DNA of 41,479 nucleotides from positions 1 to 41,479 of the IMG/VR virus record IMGVR_UViG_3300037743_000076; one strand, given 5' to 3'. The notes under the pieces were generated by a model, which worked only from the letters and a program-made list of their open reading frames with translations, had not been told where the DNA came from and made no database searches. The translations under genes were made by a program, and so were the position numbers. Below are positions 9,780 to 19,690 of the stretch, piece after piece. How positions within the stretch are numbered: position 1 is the first letter of the stretch; the number at the start of each line of letters is the position of its first letter. This stretch comes from a virus. Taxonomy: Duplodnaviria; Caudoviricetes.

Positions 9780-12434
9780 ATGGCTTCTAAAGTAGATCTT
9801 GCTTTCAACATCTTTGCACGCGATCGTAATGCTGAGAGGACGCTAAAGCGTCTTGGGCGGCAATGTGAGAAGACCGCAGCGAAGCTCAAAACTCTTGATT
9901 CCAGTAAGTTCGCCAGCTTCTTCAAAATGGCGTCTGCGGCTGCTGCGGTAACCACAAAGATCCTAATGTGGACAGCAGCACTTAGCTTGCTGTCGGCAGC
10001 CCTGGCACAGTCGCTCGCGGCTGTGTACGCTTTTGTCTCTGCGGTAGCGCCGGTATTTGGCATTATGGCTGCTCTCCCGATGGCAATCGGGGCGGCGGCA
10101 GCTGGTTTTCTAGCACTAAAAGTCGCGGTAATGAACGTCAAGGGGGCGATGCAAACCGCCCTAATAGGTCCCGCTGACGCCCTGGATGAGGCTCTTAAGG
10201 ACCTTTCTCCAACCGCACAAGCGTTTGTACGAGAGTTTGCCAAGCTTAATTCCCTCTTCAAAGAAGTTCAAAAGACCACACAAGACGCTTTCTTTGACGG
10301 TTTGGACGTCAAAATGGAGCGAGTAGCCAAGTCCCTTGCAGGTCCTATGGCACAAGGGATGATTAACGTAGCCACCTCGGCCGGGGGTGTCGCTCGGTCA
10401 TTGATGAGCGTTGCCGCGTCTAGCACGGCTGTGGAGTTTGTAGCAAGGTCGTTTCAGAACGCCGCACACTTTCTAGACAACCTTAAAAGACCGCTAGCGC
10501 ACTTGCTGCACGCTTTCTTGGCTGTCGGCAACGCCGTCTCAGAAGCTTTTGGGGGAGAAAACCTAGGCAAGGGCCTAGGCGAAATGATCAATAGGTTTGC
10601 TGACTTCCTAAGTGCAGCGGCCGAATCAGGCCGCGCTGTTGAATGGGTTGAGGGCGCTTCAGCGGCTTTCAAAGCAATAGGCGAAGTGCTTGGCGAAGTC
10701 TTCTCTATTCTGCACTCAATGGGCGAGGCCGCAAACGAGTCCGGAGACATCCTAGGGGTCATGGCCAACGCCCTTGGCCAGGTGGCGGACTATTTCGACA
10801 CTATAGAGGGACAAGACGCGCTCAAATCCATTTTTGAGGGGTTGTCCGATATAGGCGCGGCTATCGGCCCGCTTATAGGTTCGCTTGTTGGAGCCATAGC
10901 TATTATTGCCCCGGCTATAGCCGGGATTGTCGAAGCCGTAGCCCCCGCACTATCCTCCCTTTTTGACACGCTTGGCCCTGCACTGATGGAGGTCGGGCGC
11001 GGACTAATACCGGTGTTTGAGGCTATAGCCGAAGGGATATCCCAAGTAGACTTGCTCCCACTAGGGCAGGCAATACGGGATATCCTAATTGCACTTGCCC
11101 CCTTGTTTCCCGTAATCGGGGAAATAATAGGCGAGGTTGTTAAGATCGCTGCGGCTTTCATCAAGGCCTTTAGTCCGGCTATTGTTGCAATTGTCGGCGC
11201 GATGATAGACATCTTTACTCCGTTGCTCCCGGTACTTGTGGAGATAGCCGGGGTAATTACAGATGCGCTGGGTGCGGCAATTAATGCGCTCTTGCCCATC
11301 ATCTTTGATCTAGCCGATACTATGGGTCCGTTGCTTCTGACGGTTATACAAACACTAGTGCCGATCATCACCACCCTAGCCGGCGTATTTCTAGATCTGC
11401 TACCTACCATTGTGTCATTGGTGGGGGTGTTTATTGACCAGCTTCTGCCTGTCATTCTCGACACAATGATTCCACTAATGGAGCAATGGGCCGGTGTAAT
11501 CACAGAGCTAGCCCCGCCGATAATGGCGCTAGTCGCCACGCTGGCAGAGACCTTCTTGCCGATTCTGATCGCAATGCTGCCGGTAATTATAGAGCTAGGC
11601 ACTATGCTAGCGACTTATCTGCTCACTGTTTTTGAGGCACTAGCCCCTATGATTATATGGGCTGCTGAGACTCTTGCAGATTTGATTGAGTGGGCCGCGC
11701 CCATGATCCAATTCTGTTCCGGAGTCGGAACAGCGATTGTGTCGGGAATCATCGATATCCTACAATGGGTAATTGACATTATAGGCGATGTAATCGCCTG
11801 GTTTGTTGATCTTGCACTTGGTATCGATGATGAGGTTGATAAGTTTACTACCGCCTTTGGTGACGGGGTAGATAATATCATCGAGGGGTTTGAAGAAGTA
11901 GGCGAGGCAATAGGCGAATGTATTGACTTCTTCATAGACCTTGAAGACGATATCAAGGACTCTATCCGGAACGCCGGAACTTGGCTATACAACATTGGTG
12001 CGGATATTGTCGAGGGTCTTATAGACGGACTCGAATCTGGATTCGAATCAGTTAAGAGCACCCTGAACAACCTTACGGACATGATTCCAGAATGGAAGGG
12101 TCCGAAAGCCGTAGACGAGAAGTTGTTGACCGGAAACGGTCAAATAATCATGGGTTCTCTTTTGGATGGTTTCGACAAGTCAATTCCGGCTATGCGAAGC
12201 AAGCTCAGCGGGATTACCGCCGAGATAGGACTAAGCGACCTAAGGCCTTCAAGCATGACCCCGGCGTATGCCGGAGTTCCTGTGCCAATGGCGGGCGCTT
12301 TGTCAGCCCCTTCGCCAGTTCGCGTGATTATTGATATCCCAGGTGATGGTTACCTTGTGGACACAATCAAGAAGCACACCCGCATTGAAGGCGGGGGTAA
12401 CGTCCAACTGGCTTTTGGCCAAAGAGGAAAGTAG
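9780..12434 (+). CDS. tape measure protein
   Basis: 884 aa Ala/Leu/Ile-rich helical repeat protein with periodic prolines, following the chaperones. Confidence 0.95.
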   Translation: MASKVDLAFNIFARDRNAERTLKRLGRQCEKTAAKLKTLDSSKFASFFKMASAAAAVTTKILMWTAALSLLSAALAQSLAAVYAFVSAVAPVFGIMAALPMAIGAAAAGFLALKVAVMNVKGAMQTALIGPADALDEALKDLSPTAQAFVREFAKLNSLFKEVQKTTQDAFFDGLDVKMERVAKSLAGPMAQGMINVATSAGGVARSLMSVAASSTAVEFVARSFQNAAHFLDNLKRPLAHLLHAFLAVGNAVSEAFGGENLGKGLGEMINRFADFLSAAAESGRAVEWVEGASAAFKAIGEVLGEVFSILHSMGEAANESGDILGVMANALGQVADYFDTIEGQDALKSIFEGLSDIGAAIGPLIGSLVGAIAIIAPAIAGIVEAVAPALSSLFDTLGPALMEVGRGLIPVFEAIAEGISQVDLLPLGQAIRDILIALAPLFPVIGEIIGEVVKIAAAFIKAFSPAIVAIVGAMIDIFTPLLPVLVEIAGVITDALGAAINALLPIIFDLADTMGPLLLTVIQTLVPIITTLAGVFLDLLPTIVSLVGVFIDQLLPVILDTMIPLMEQWAGVITELAPPIMALVATLAETFLPILIAMLPVIIELGTMLATYLLTVFEALAPMIIWAAETLADLIEWAAPMIQFCSGVGTAIVSGIIDILQWVIDIIGDVIAWFVDLALGIDDEVDKFTTAFGDGVDNIIEGFEEVGEAIGECIDFFIDLEDDIKDSIRNAGTWLYNIGADIVEGLIDGLESGFESVKSTLNNLTDMIPEWKGPKAVDEKLLTGNGQIIMGSLLDGFDKSIPAMRSKLSGITAEIGLSDLRPSSMTPAYAGVPVPMAGALSAPSPVRVIIDIPGDGYLVDTIKKHTRIEGGGNVQLAFGQRGK

Positions 12435-12437
12435 ATT

Positions 12438-14597
12438 ATGCCCGCTCTTGATATCACTGTCGTAGTAGAGATCGCGCTAGGGGCTGACCTAACGGCAGCC
12501 CCTGGCACGTGGTCTTGGACCGACATCTCTGCCTATCTACAGCAGGCAGAGGGCGCTAAGGTCAACATTAAATCGGGACGTTCCGATGAGGATGGCTCTG
12601 CCCAAGCGTCTAGCCTGTCTATCAGGCTAGACAACGCGGATGGGCGCTTTACGCGCCTCAACCCCAACAGTCCTTACTATGGACTGCTGGCTCTAAACAC
12701 GCCTATCCGAGTGACCGTGGTCGAGGGGGCTAACGCCCCCTCGATCCGCTTCGCTGGGCACGTTAGTGAGCTTCCAACCCGCTGGGGTGCAAACGATAAC
12801 CTTCGTTGGATTCCATTGCGGGCAGACGGCGTAATACGCCGGTTTGAAAAGTCCGACGCTGTCCGCTCTCCGCTGCGTGTGTGGATGTCCTCTCTAGACC
12901 CTATTGCGTATTGGCCACTAGAAGACGAAGAAGGCTCCCTCTCGGGAGCCTCTGAGGTCGAGGGTGTTACCCCGATGCAATCCGTTGCAGAGCTGATTGA
13001 CTTTGGATCTATAAAGGGTCCGCCAGGCGGAGCCGATACGCCAGACATTCCTACAGGGGTATTCGCGGGTTTGGTTGGCTACCCCGTTGGCGTGTCCGAA
13101 GTATCCTGGTCAGCGAAGGTAGCTTTTCGCTACCAAGGTAATGGCTCTGGCTCTGACTATACATTGGTGATATATACCGACAATCCAGGTAGCGGTATAG
13201 AGCGGTTCAACGTCTTTGTGCAGCAGGACACGTCAATCCAATGTATTGCCCGCAGAGAGGACGGTTCATCTGTTGGCTTTACCTCTGTGTCGGCCGCAAC
13301 AGAATACTCAGACGCATTTGACGGAGAGTGGCACGCGCTAAGCGTTTTCGCTCAGCAAGTAGGTTCTGATATTCGGCTGACACTCCATTATGACAGTTTC
13401 TCAAACTTTGTGATATTGTCGGGCGAATCTCTTGGGCAAGTAACGCAGATTAGTACCCCGTGGTCATTGGTGTATGACTCGGATAACACAAGCAGGTCTA
13501 TAAGCCACGTTGCTATGTTTAACGGCCTAGTTGATTACAACACATCTAATCCTAATGAGAACTTTCTCGTTGCCCTTAATGGGCACGCCGGAGAGACAGC
13601 AGTAGCGCGTATGACGCGCTTGTGTGCTCAAGAGCAGGTACCGTTTATTGCGATCGAGGGCGATGAGCCATCAGAGCGCCTAGGCGCTCAGCCGCTCGAT
13701 AAGTTGATCGAAATACTTCGCGACGCGGAGCACGCGGACGGCGGGATTCTTTTCGAGTCCACAGACCACGGTCTGACGTATATAGCTCGGAGTCGTTTGT
13801 ATGAAAAGGCAATCTCTGATTCCGAAATAGACATGACAGTAGGCGCGTCGCAGTTCGCGGCTGGTTTTGATATGCAAGATGATGATCAAGCAATTGCAAA
13901 TGATGTTACCGTCAAACGCGATAACGGCTCGTCTGCTCGCAGAGTAGATGAAGGACACATTCAGAAGTCTGGCCGATACTCCGTCTCTGACACGGTGAAC
14001 GTAGAGACAGACGACCGAACCAACGACTACGCGCAATGGCAACTGACACAAGGTACTTTGGATAAATACCGCTATCCCGGCGTGTCTCTGATATTCCCAG
14101 AGACGCCCGAGTTGCTAACCGATTGGCTAGCAACAGGTCTTGGTGGACGCGTCTATATGGACACGCCCCCAGCGGGTCTACCTCCCGAAGAGGTAGACAT
14201 GCTAATCCAGGGCTACTCGGAAACGATTATGCCGAGGGACTGGCGAGTGTCTATCAACGCCAGTCCCGTAGCTAATTGGCGAGTGTCTAAACTAGATGAC
14301 GCGACCTACGGTCGAGCCGATACCGCTGGGTCCGAGCTTGACAGCTCGGCAACCACCACAGCAACAACTATATCTGTGGACACTACTAGTGGTCCGGAAT
14401 GGATCACTACAGCGTCACACCCTGACGAATTCCCGTTTGATATTAATGTAGGCGGGGAGCGTATGACTGTCACCGCTATCTCTGATGGAATTCCGGCACA
14501 GATCTTTACTGTGACGCGGAGCGTCAACGGGATTGTCAAAGCACACGACATCGGCTCTGCTGTTGGTCTGCACACAACTACTTATCTAGCCTTGTAA
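12438..14597 (+). CDS. large minor tail/baseplate protein (Dit/hub-like with inserted lectin-like domain)
   Basis: 719 aa; WTDIS..., LDNADGRF, PIAYWPLED, VGGERMTVTAI...FTVTRSVNGIVKAH motifs seen in actinomycete prophage tails. Confidence 0.8.
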   Translation: MPALDITVVVEIALGADLTAAPGTWSWTDISAYLQQAEGAKVNIKSGRSDEDGSAQASSLSIRLDNADGRFTRLNPNSPYYGLLALNTPIRVTVVEGANAPSIRFAGHVSELPTRWGANDNLRWIPLRADGVIRRFEKSDAVRSPLRVWMSSLDPIAYWPLEDEEGSLSGASEVEGVTPMQSVAELIDFGSIKGPPGGADTPDIPTGVFAGLVGYPVGVSEVSWSAKVAFRYQGNGSGSDYTLVIYTDNPGSGIERFNVFVQQDTSIQCIARREDGSSVGFTSVSAATEYSDAFDGEWHALSVFAQQVGSDIRLTLHYDSFSNFVILSGESLGQVTQISTPWSLVYDSDNTSRSISHVAMFNGLVDYNTSNPNENFLVALNGHAGETAVARMTRLCAQEQVPFIAIEGDEPSERLGAQPLDKLIEILRDAEHADGGILFESTDHGLTYIARSRLYEKAISDSEIDMTVGASQFAAGFDMQDDDQAIANDVTVKRDNGSSARRVDEGHIQKSGRYSVSDTVNVETDDRTNDYAQWQLTQGTLDKYRYPGVSLIFPETPELLTDWLATGLGGRVYMDTPPAGLPPEEVDMLIQGYSETIMPRDWRVSINASPVANWRVSKLDDATYGRADTAGSELDSSATTTATTISVDTTSGPEWITTASHPDEFPFDINVGGERMTVTAISDGIPAQIFTVTRSVNGIVKAHDIGSAVGLHTTTYLAL

Positions 14598-14605
14598 GGA
14601 GAACT

Positions 14606-15112
14606 ATGCACTTTCTTGCTGGCGAGATAGTCACAGCAGACAAACTCAATAGAACTTTTTGGCAAACAGTTCGAAAGACCTCTAATCAGTCTAGTGTTTC
14701 GTCCACGACTTTTGTGGACGATAACGAATTGTTCTTCAGCTGTGTGGCCGGTGCCCGTTATTACGTGGCGTTGGGTTTGCAATACACCGGCCCACAGGCC
14801 GGTGACATTAAGACCGCCTGGACTACCCCATCAGGAGCATCCGGCTCCCGGCGCTGTGCGGGATTCTCCACTTCGGTGGGCATATCCAGCTCGGGAGGCA
14901 CGCTTAGGATGTCAGGCCTAGCCTGGACATCCCTAGCGTCCTACGGCGCTGACAATAACTTTCTAGCACAAGACCCCCACCTTAGAGAGACAGGCTACCT
15001 GAGCACTCCTAACGCGGGCACACTAACTCTTAGATGGTCGCAAAATGTCTCAAACGCGACTGCGACCGAAGTCAAAGCGGGCAGCTACATTAGAGTATTG
15101 AGGATCGCATGA
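14606..15112 (+). CDS. minor tail protein, paralog 1 of 3
   Basis: AGE.VTA..LN start; D.ELF; GTL.LRWSQN.S.A....GS. Confidence 0.7.
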   Translation: MHFLAGEIVTADKLNRTFWQTVRKTSNQSSVSSTTFVDDNELFFSCVAGARYYVALGLQYTGPQAGDIKTAWTTPSGASGSRRCAGFSTSVGISSSGGTLRMSGLAWTSLASYGADNNFLAQDPHLRETGYLSTPNAGTLTLRWSQNVSNATATEVKAGSYIRVLRIA

Positions 15113-15633
15113 GTACTATTGCTGCCCGCTATGATGCGGGCACGAAGCTGACAGCCGCGCTGTTGAATGCGCGGCAACCCCTGAGCGCTCACAAGACGAC
15201 TAATGAGCCCGTAACATCCTCAATCACGCTTCATAATGATGCTGAGCTTTTCGTAGCTCTCGAAGCCAACACAATGTACACAGTACAGCTAGAGCTGAGG
15301 ACACAAGCGGATATCGACGCGGTTACCGCGATTGATATCCGAGTAGCGTGGAGTCTGCCAGCAGGGTCTACCGTCAACGGTAGACAGTGCTTTGGTCCGG
15401 CGCTTGACGCTACGGCTATGACATCCACAGATATACGCAGTAGCGGTAATCGATGGGCGGACAACGTTGCCTACGGTGTGGACAACTCTATTTCTAGTAT
15501 CTGGGAATACGGGTGTTTCTCCACAGGGGCAGTAGCTGGAAACCTTCAATTGCGATGGGCTCAAAACACATCCAACGCTAACGCGGTATCTGTTTTGTCT
15601 GACAGTGTGTTGATTGTGGAGAGAGCAGACTAA
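15109..15633 (+). CDS. minor tail protein, paralog 2 of 3
   Basis: AGTKLTAALLN; DAELF; GNLQLRWAQNTSNA. Confidence 0.7.
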   Translation: MSTIAARYDAGTKLTAALLNARQPLSAHKTTNEPVTSSITLHNDAELFVALEANTMYTVQLELRTQADIDAVTAIDIRVAWSLPAGSTVNGRQCFGPALDATAMTSTDIRSSGNRWADNVAYGVDNSISSIWEYGCFSTGAVAGNLQLRWAQNTSNANAVSVLSDSVLIVERAD

Positions 15634-16133
15634 TGGCAATTACTCCGCTAGTCTCTGGCGATATCCTCACGTCAGCCCGGCTGAATTTGCAACAGCCGAT
15701 TGTAATACGTAAGCAACAGGCACAGCCGGTCGTGAGCAGTGAAACCTACATCGCTGACGCCGAATTCTTTGTGCATCTTGAAGCAAACACCGCTTACTTT
15801 ATTGAAGTGAATCTTGTATACACAGGCAACGCTTCCGGGGACATTCGTATCGATTGGAATGTCCCTCCAAACTCGACCCAGCAAACCAGGCTACACACAG
15901 GATACCCCTCGACCACGACAAGCAGTATCAACGGCGAGGCCGTTATGCAGGGTGCCAGCTGGGATGATCCTAGAATTTTCGGTGCTACCTCCGGCAATTG
16001 CTTTGTGCGACTTGAGGGCACCTTGACGACCGGCGATGCCGGGGTTATGCGCCTTATGTGGGCACAAGGCACCTCTCATGCAACCCCTACCCAAGTGCTC
16101 CCAGGTTCTTGGATAAGCGTTAGGAAGTACTAA
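15633..16133 (+). CDS. minor tail protein, paralog 3 of 3
   Basis: SGDILTSARLN; DAEFF; GVMRLMWAQGTSHA...GS. Confidence 0.7.
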   Translation: MAITPLVSGDILTSARLNLQQPIVIRKQQAQPVVSSETYIADAEFFVHLEANTAYFIEVNLVYTGNASGDIRIDWNVPPNSTQQTRLHTGYPSTTTSSINGEAVMQGASWDDPRIFGATSGNCFVRLEGTLTTGDAGVMRLMWAQGTSHATPTQVLPGSWISVRKY

Positions 16134-17009
16134 ATGGCCGAATACGCGCCAAGCGCGATTAGAAGTGTTTTTACTACTGTAGACAAACATCTCAGCTCCG
16201 CTGAGCTGTCTGGGATTGTGGGCGATTCCGCACACACATACGGCTATCACAGAGCACGTAACGTGCTCCCTAGTGGCGACTACAGTCGCCAGCTCTCCGC
16301 AGACAAAGCCGGAGACGGTTGGGCTGCCTCTGCTCTGGATATCAAGCTTAACGCTACTCAGATGAAACTGGTTACCGCGAGGCTGATTAAGTCCGCAGAG
16401 GACCCGGATGACCCGCGTATGGAGCCGGTACGAGAGTTCTACGGAACTCTCAACGGCTCAACGGTTGTAGGACGTACCCACAATGGGGACTATAACTGGC
16501 AATTTGAAACCAGCGACAACAGCCACACTTGGCATGTCCACCTCAGTTTCCTTCGTAAGTACTCGAATGACGCCAAGGCTCTTCAAGGAGTTGCCGCAGT
16601 CATTATTGGACAAACATCTGTAAAGGACGTAAACCCGTTGATAGGTTTGAAAAAGGGCGACAAAGGCGAAGCCGTTAAAGGGCTTCAAAGTATGCTGCGC
16701 TATGCGGGCTTTTATTTGGGCAGTGTGGACGGTAATTACGGATCAGGCACCGCGTCTGCATTGCTGGCTTGCCGCAAGTCTCAGGGGTCAGACAAAGCCA
16801 ACGGTGGAGACGCCGTAGACGGCTGGGCTTTTACCCAGCTCCACAAAGCCTTGATTAAAGCCGAGGTCGGAACGATTAGCAAAGGCGCTACCGGTCCGGC
16901 TGGTCCACAAGGACCAGCAGGCCCTAAGGGCGTGCCCGGCCCTGTTGGACCGGCTGGCAAGACGCCCACCAAGATTGCCATCACTGGCGATGTTATCGCC
17001 AGTTCGTGA
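16134..17009 (+). CDS. endolysin (Zn-peptidase-like domain + peptidoglycan-binding domain + collagen-like tail)
   Basis: GYH...ALDI...HxxHVHLS metal-ligand pattern; LKKGDKGEAVKGLQ...DGNYG..T PG-binding motif; G-X-Y run. Confidence 0.8.
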   Translation: MAEYAPSAIRSVFTTVDKHLSSAELSGIVGDSAHTYGYHRARNVLPSGDYSRQLSADKAGDGWAASALDIKLNATQMKLVTARLIKSAEDPDDPRMEPVREFYGTLNGSTVVGRTHNGDYNWQFETSDNSHTWHVHLSFLRKYSNDAKALQGVAAVIIGQTSVKDVNPLIGLKKGDKGEAVKGLQSMLRYAGFYLGSVDGNYGSGTASALLACRKSQGSDKANGGDAVDGWAFTQLHKALIKAEVGTISKGATGPAGPQGPAGPKGVPGPVGPAGKTPTKIAITGDVIASS

Positions 17010-17016
17010 GGCTGCA

Positions 17017-17262
17017 ATGGACGAAGATAACGGCCCTGTGCGTGTGACTAATCGGGAGGTCTACTTGCTAGTCCTAGATCTTGTATCTAAGGTGGACAAA
17101 CTAGTAGACCCCGATGTAGGTGTGCGCAAAGAGCTGAACAACCACAATCAGCGGCTAACGCTGATTGAGGCTATGCGAAATCGCCTGTACGGCGTTGTCA
17201 TCACAGCCGGAGTAGCTATACCTGTCCTTGTCTCCACAATAGTCGGAGTGTTTTTCAAATGA
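17017..17262 (+). CDS. holin-like/lysis membrane protein
   Basis: 81 aa coiled coil plus C-terminal TM helix, directly after endolysin. Confidence 0.55.
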   Translation: MDEDNGPVRVTNREVYLLVLDLVSKVDKLVDPDVGVRKELNNHNQRLTLIEAMRNRLYGVVITAGVAIPVLVSTIVGVFFK

Positions 17263-17504
17263 ATTGGGACGCTTGGAAGTTCGACATCTTCACGTGGGTG
17301 TGGATTGTCTGGATTGCACAGTTTGCAATCTGGGAAGCGTACACTCTTATATTCCATAATGGTCAAGAGCTCACGGCGCATTTGCGCCCTGTGTTTCAAT
17401 CGTATGATCCTATTTATTTCCTCGCCGTGGGCCTGTGGCTCTGGCTGGGCTGGCACTTCTTGATTGATGGGCTTTGGGTCCATCGTTGGGGTATTGCCCC
17501 GTAA
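17259..17504 (+). CDS. two-TM membrane protein, possible holin
   Basis: Trp-rich 81 aa with two hydrophobic segments; ATGA overlap. Confidence 0.55.
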   Translation: MNWDAWKFDIFTWVWIVWIAQFAIWEAYTLIFHNGQELTAHLRPVFQSYDPIYFLAVGLWLWLGWHFLIDGLWVHRWGIAP

Positions 17505-17514
17505 ACACAAATAT

Positions 17515-17547
17515 GCCCCACCTCATTAGAGGTGGGGCTTTATTTTT
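17515..17547 (+). terminator. terminator ending the late operon
   Basis: GCCCCACCTC-atta-GAGGTGGGGC followed by TTTATTTTT, between convergent genes. Confidence 0.85.
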
Positions 17548-17551
17548 GTGC

Positions 17552-18121
17552 CTACAGCCTACGCGCTAGCGTAAAACCACTGCCGTCTCCGCTACAGGTT
17601 TGAAGCACAAGATCGTATTCTGTGAAGTAGCCCGGCATACTGCCGCCTTGCTCATCTACATAGTCATTGCCGACCGCTTCATACGTTCCCGCCGAATCTC
17701 CGCACGTAACCTCAATAATGGTTCCCGGCGCAACCTCGTCTAGCCAAGACCAGCCCATGTGCTCATGGGCTGCTAGCAGGTAAGGCGCGTCGCGCCACAG
17801 CACCAAAGCACCCGTGTCGATAGCCGATTGATCCCCACGTGCGTCGGTAGGGCAAAGGCTGACACGGGGCTGTTCTGGCGTTTCTGGCTGTGCTTCAGCC
17901 GGGGCTTCCTCGGTAACTTCCGGTTGCGCCTCCGGCACCGGCTCAGCCTTGCTGAGCTCTACCGGCTCTTCAGAGCTTGGAATGTCCTCAATCGCAGCGG
18001 TATCGCGCTGCAACATCACTGTCTCAGTCTGGACAGGCTTTGCTGTCCAGCTAATTTGAGTAGCGGCGAAGCCGATACTCCCGACTGTGATAAGGACAGC
18101 CCCTATAACCTGGCGTTTCAT
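17552..18121 (-). CDS. membrane-anchored sortase-fold (peptidase C60-like) protein
   Basis: N-terminal signal/TM, Pro/Glu linker, LAAH and LVLQTC motifs at sortase-like spacing. Confidence 0.65.
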   Translation of the reverse strand: MKRQVIGAVLITVGSIGFAATQISWTAKPVQTETVMLQRDTAAIEDIPSSEEPVELSKAEPVPEAQPEVTEEAPAEAQPETPEQPRVSLCPTDARGDQSAIDTGALVLWRDAPYLLAAHEHMGWSWLDEVAPGTIIEVTCGDSAGTYEAVGNDYVDEQGGSMPGYFTEYDLVLQTCSGDGSGFTLARRL

Positions 18122-18131
18122 TATATTTTCC

Positions 18132-18184
18132 TACTCGGTTAATGTTCCGAATTAGAACTTTCTAATTCGAATGATTTCATAGTA
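18132..18184. other. candidate attP
   Basis: Perfect inverted repeat CGAATTAGAA-CT-TTCTAATTCG (18148-18169) around a 2-bp non-palindromic centre, immediately upstream of a serine integrase. Confidence 0.65.
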
Positions 18185-18194
18185 TCATGGTTGT

Positions 18195-19682
18195 ATGACT
18201 AAAAAGATACTCGGGGTTAAGCGAATATCACGGGACTCGGAAACAAGTTCGTCGCTCAAGCGACAAGAGCTCGACATCCGGGCGGAGGTTGCGAAACGTG
18301 ACGCCCAGCTAGTGCACATGGTGGAAGACGCCACCGTTTCCGGGGCTGTAAACCTAGACGAGCGAAAGTCGCTGGGCGACTGGCTGAGAGAGCCGCTTGT
18401 ACATGAGTGGCAGACAATGATGGTCACCACGCAAGACCGGATTACCCGTGACGATATGCATTGGTGGCAGTTTGTGGGGTGGGTGCTCAAGCACCAAAAA
18501 ACCGTAGTGGTTCTAGACGATCCCTCCCTAGACTTGTCTACAGAAGACGGCCGTATGATCGCGGGCATTAAAGCCAGCCAAGCATCACGGTACCGCACAG
18601 TCATCAAGGAAAAGCGCCTTAAACAGCTTGAGTACTACCGAGAGGTGGACTTGTGGCCCGGAGGACGTTGGCCTTACGGCTATAGAGCTGAGGTGTTTGA
18701 ATTCGAAGGACGTAAACGATGGAGGCTCGTACTTGACCCTGAAACCTCCGAGCTTGTACGCGAGGCCTACCGGCATATCGTGGACGCCAACGGCGTGCCT
18801 TACGAGGTGGTTAAGCTGTGGAATTCCACAGGGGTGCTTACCGCGCAAGACCATCAGCGCCACATTAATTCGCTATCCTCCCGTGAGAAGGTTGTAAAGG
18901 AGGTTCGCGGTACTCAATGGACAGAAGACGCCCTTCGTAAAGTTCTCCGTAAGCCGTCTCTCATGGGCTACGCTGTCCACAAAGGGGTAATACGCAGAAG
19001 AGACGGAAAGCCCGTGCAATGGGCAGAGCCGCTGCTGTCGGCAGCCGAGTTCAAGAAGCTGCAAGCGGCTTTGTCCTCAAGAGCACGCGGCGTCAAAGGG
19101 CGCAAATACAACGTGTGGCCCTTGACGGGTTTGCTGGTCTGCGCTTGCGGGCATGCGATGTACTCAAACACACAAAAGGGCGGTACTGCACACTATGTGT
19201 GCGGGACGAGAGTGCGCCACCTCGAATGTGAGTACCGAAAGACTTGGAATCTTGAGTATATTCAAGACTCCATTGACGACATTATTATAGGAGAGATTGG
19301 GGACCTCGAAATTCAGGTGAGGCACTTCGTGCCTGGCGTAGATCACGCAGCGGAGATTGAAGAGCTTGAGTCCTCAATCGACAATCTGTCTCAATCCCTG
19401 ACGCGATTGCGCGGCGCTGCTGCGGAGCGCAGCATTGTGCTTCTTAACGAGTACTCAGACGAGCTATCGCGTCTACAGGCTCAGCCGACTACGGAGACAA
19501 CCCACAAAGACGTAGGCACAGGCAAAACCTACGCCGACGAATGGCAAGGGTCTACATGGGAAGAAAAGGCGAAGATACTTAGACGGGCAGAAATTACGTT
19601 CACGTTGTACTACAGCTCTGAACAGCCGGTCATCTTGGCTCAGTGGTCCGACAACCTTCGAGAGCGCCTAGCGGCGCGGTAG
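18195..19682 (+). CDS. int: large serine integrase
   Basis: RIS catalytic motif, D..VSG, DRITR, PYGY, LTGLLVCACG...YVC zinc ribbon and coiled coil. Confidence 0.95.
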   Translation: MTKKILGVKRISRDSETSSSLKRQELDIRAEVAKRDAQLVHMVEDATVSGAVNLDERKSLGDWLREPLVHEWQTMMVTTQDRITRDDMHWWQFVGWVLKHQKTVVVLDDPSLDLSTEDGRMIAGIKASQASRYRTVIKEKRLKQLEYYREVDLWPGGRWPYGYRAEVFEFEGRKRWRLVLDPETSELVREAYRHIVDANGVPYEVVKLWNSTGVLTAQDHQRHINSLSSREKVVKEVRGTQWTEDALRKVLRKPSLMGYAVHKGVIRRRDGKPVQWAEPLLSAAEFKKLQAALSSRARGVKGRKYNVWPLTGLLVCACGHAMYSNTQKGGTAHYVCGTRVRHLECEYRKTWNLEYIQDSIDDIIIGEIGDLEIQVRHFVPGVDHAAEIEELESSIDNLSQSLTRLRGAAAERSIVLLNEYSDELSRLQAQPTTETTHKDVGTGKTYADEWQGSTWEEKAKILRRAEITFTLYYSSEQPVILAQWSDNLRERLAAR

Positions 19683-19690
19683 TGTACGAC

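Noticed and set aside
4468-12082. Long antisense ORFs (4468-5382, 8767-9474, 10790-11602 and others)
   Set aside because: Shadows of real + strand genes; no RBS or recognisable motifs
14606-16133. Diversity-generating retroelement or shufflon behind the three paralogs
   Set aside because: No reverse transcriptase, no near-identical template/variable repeat and no invertible segments seen
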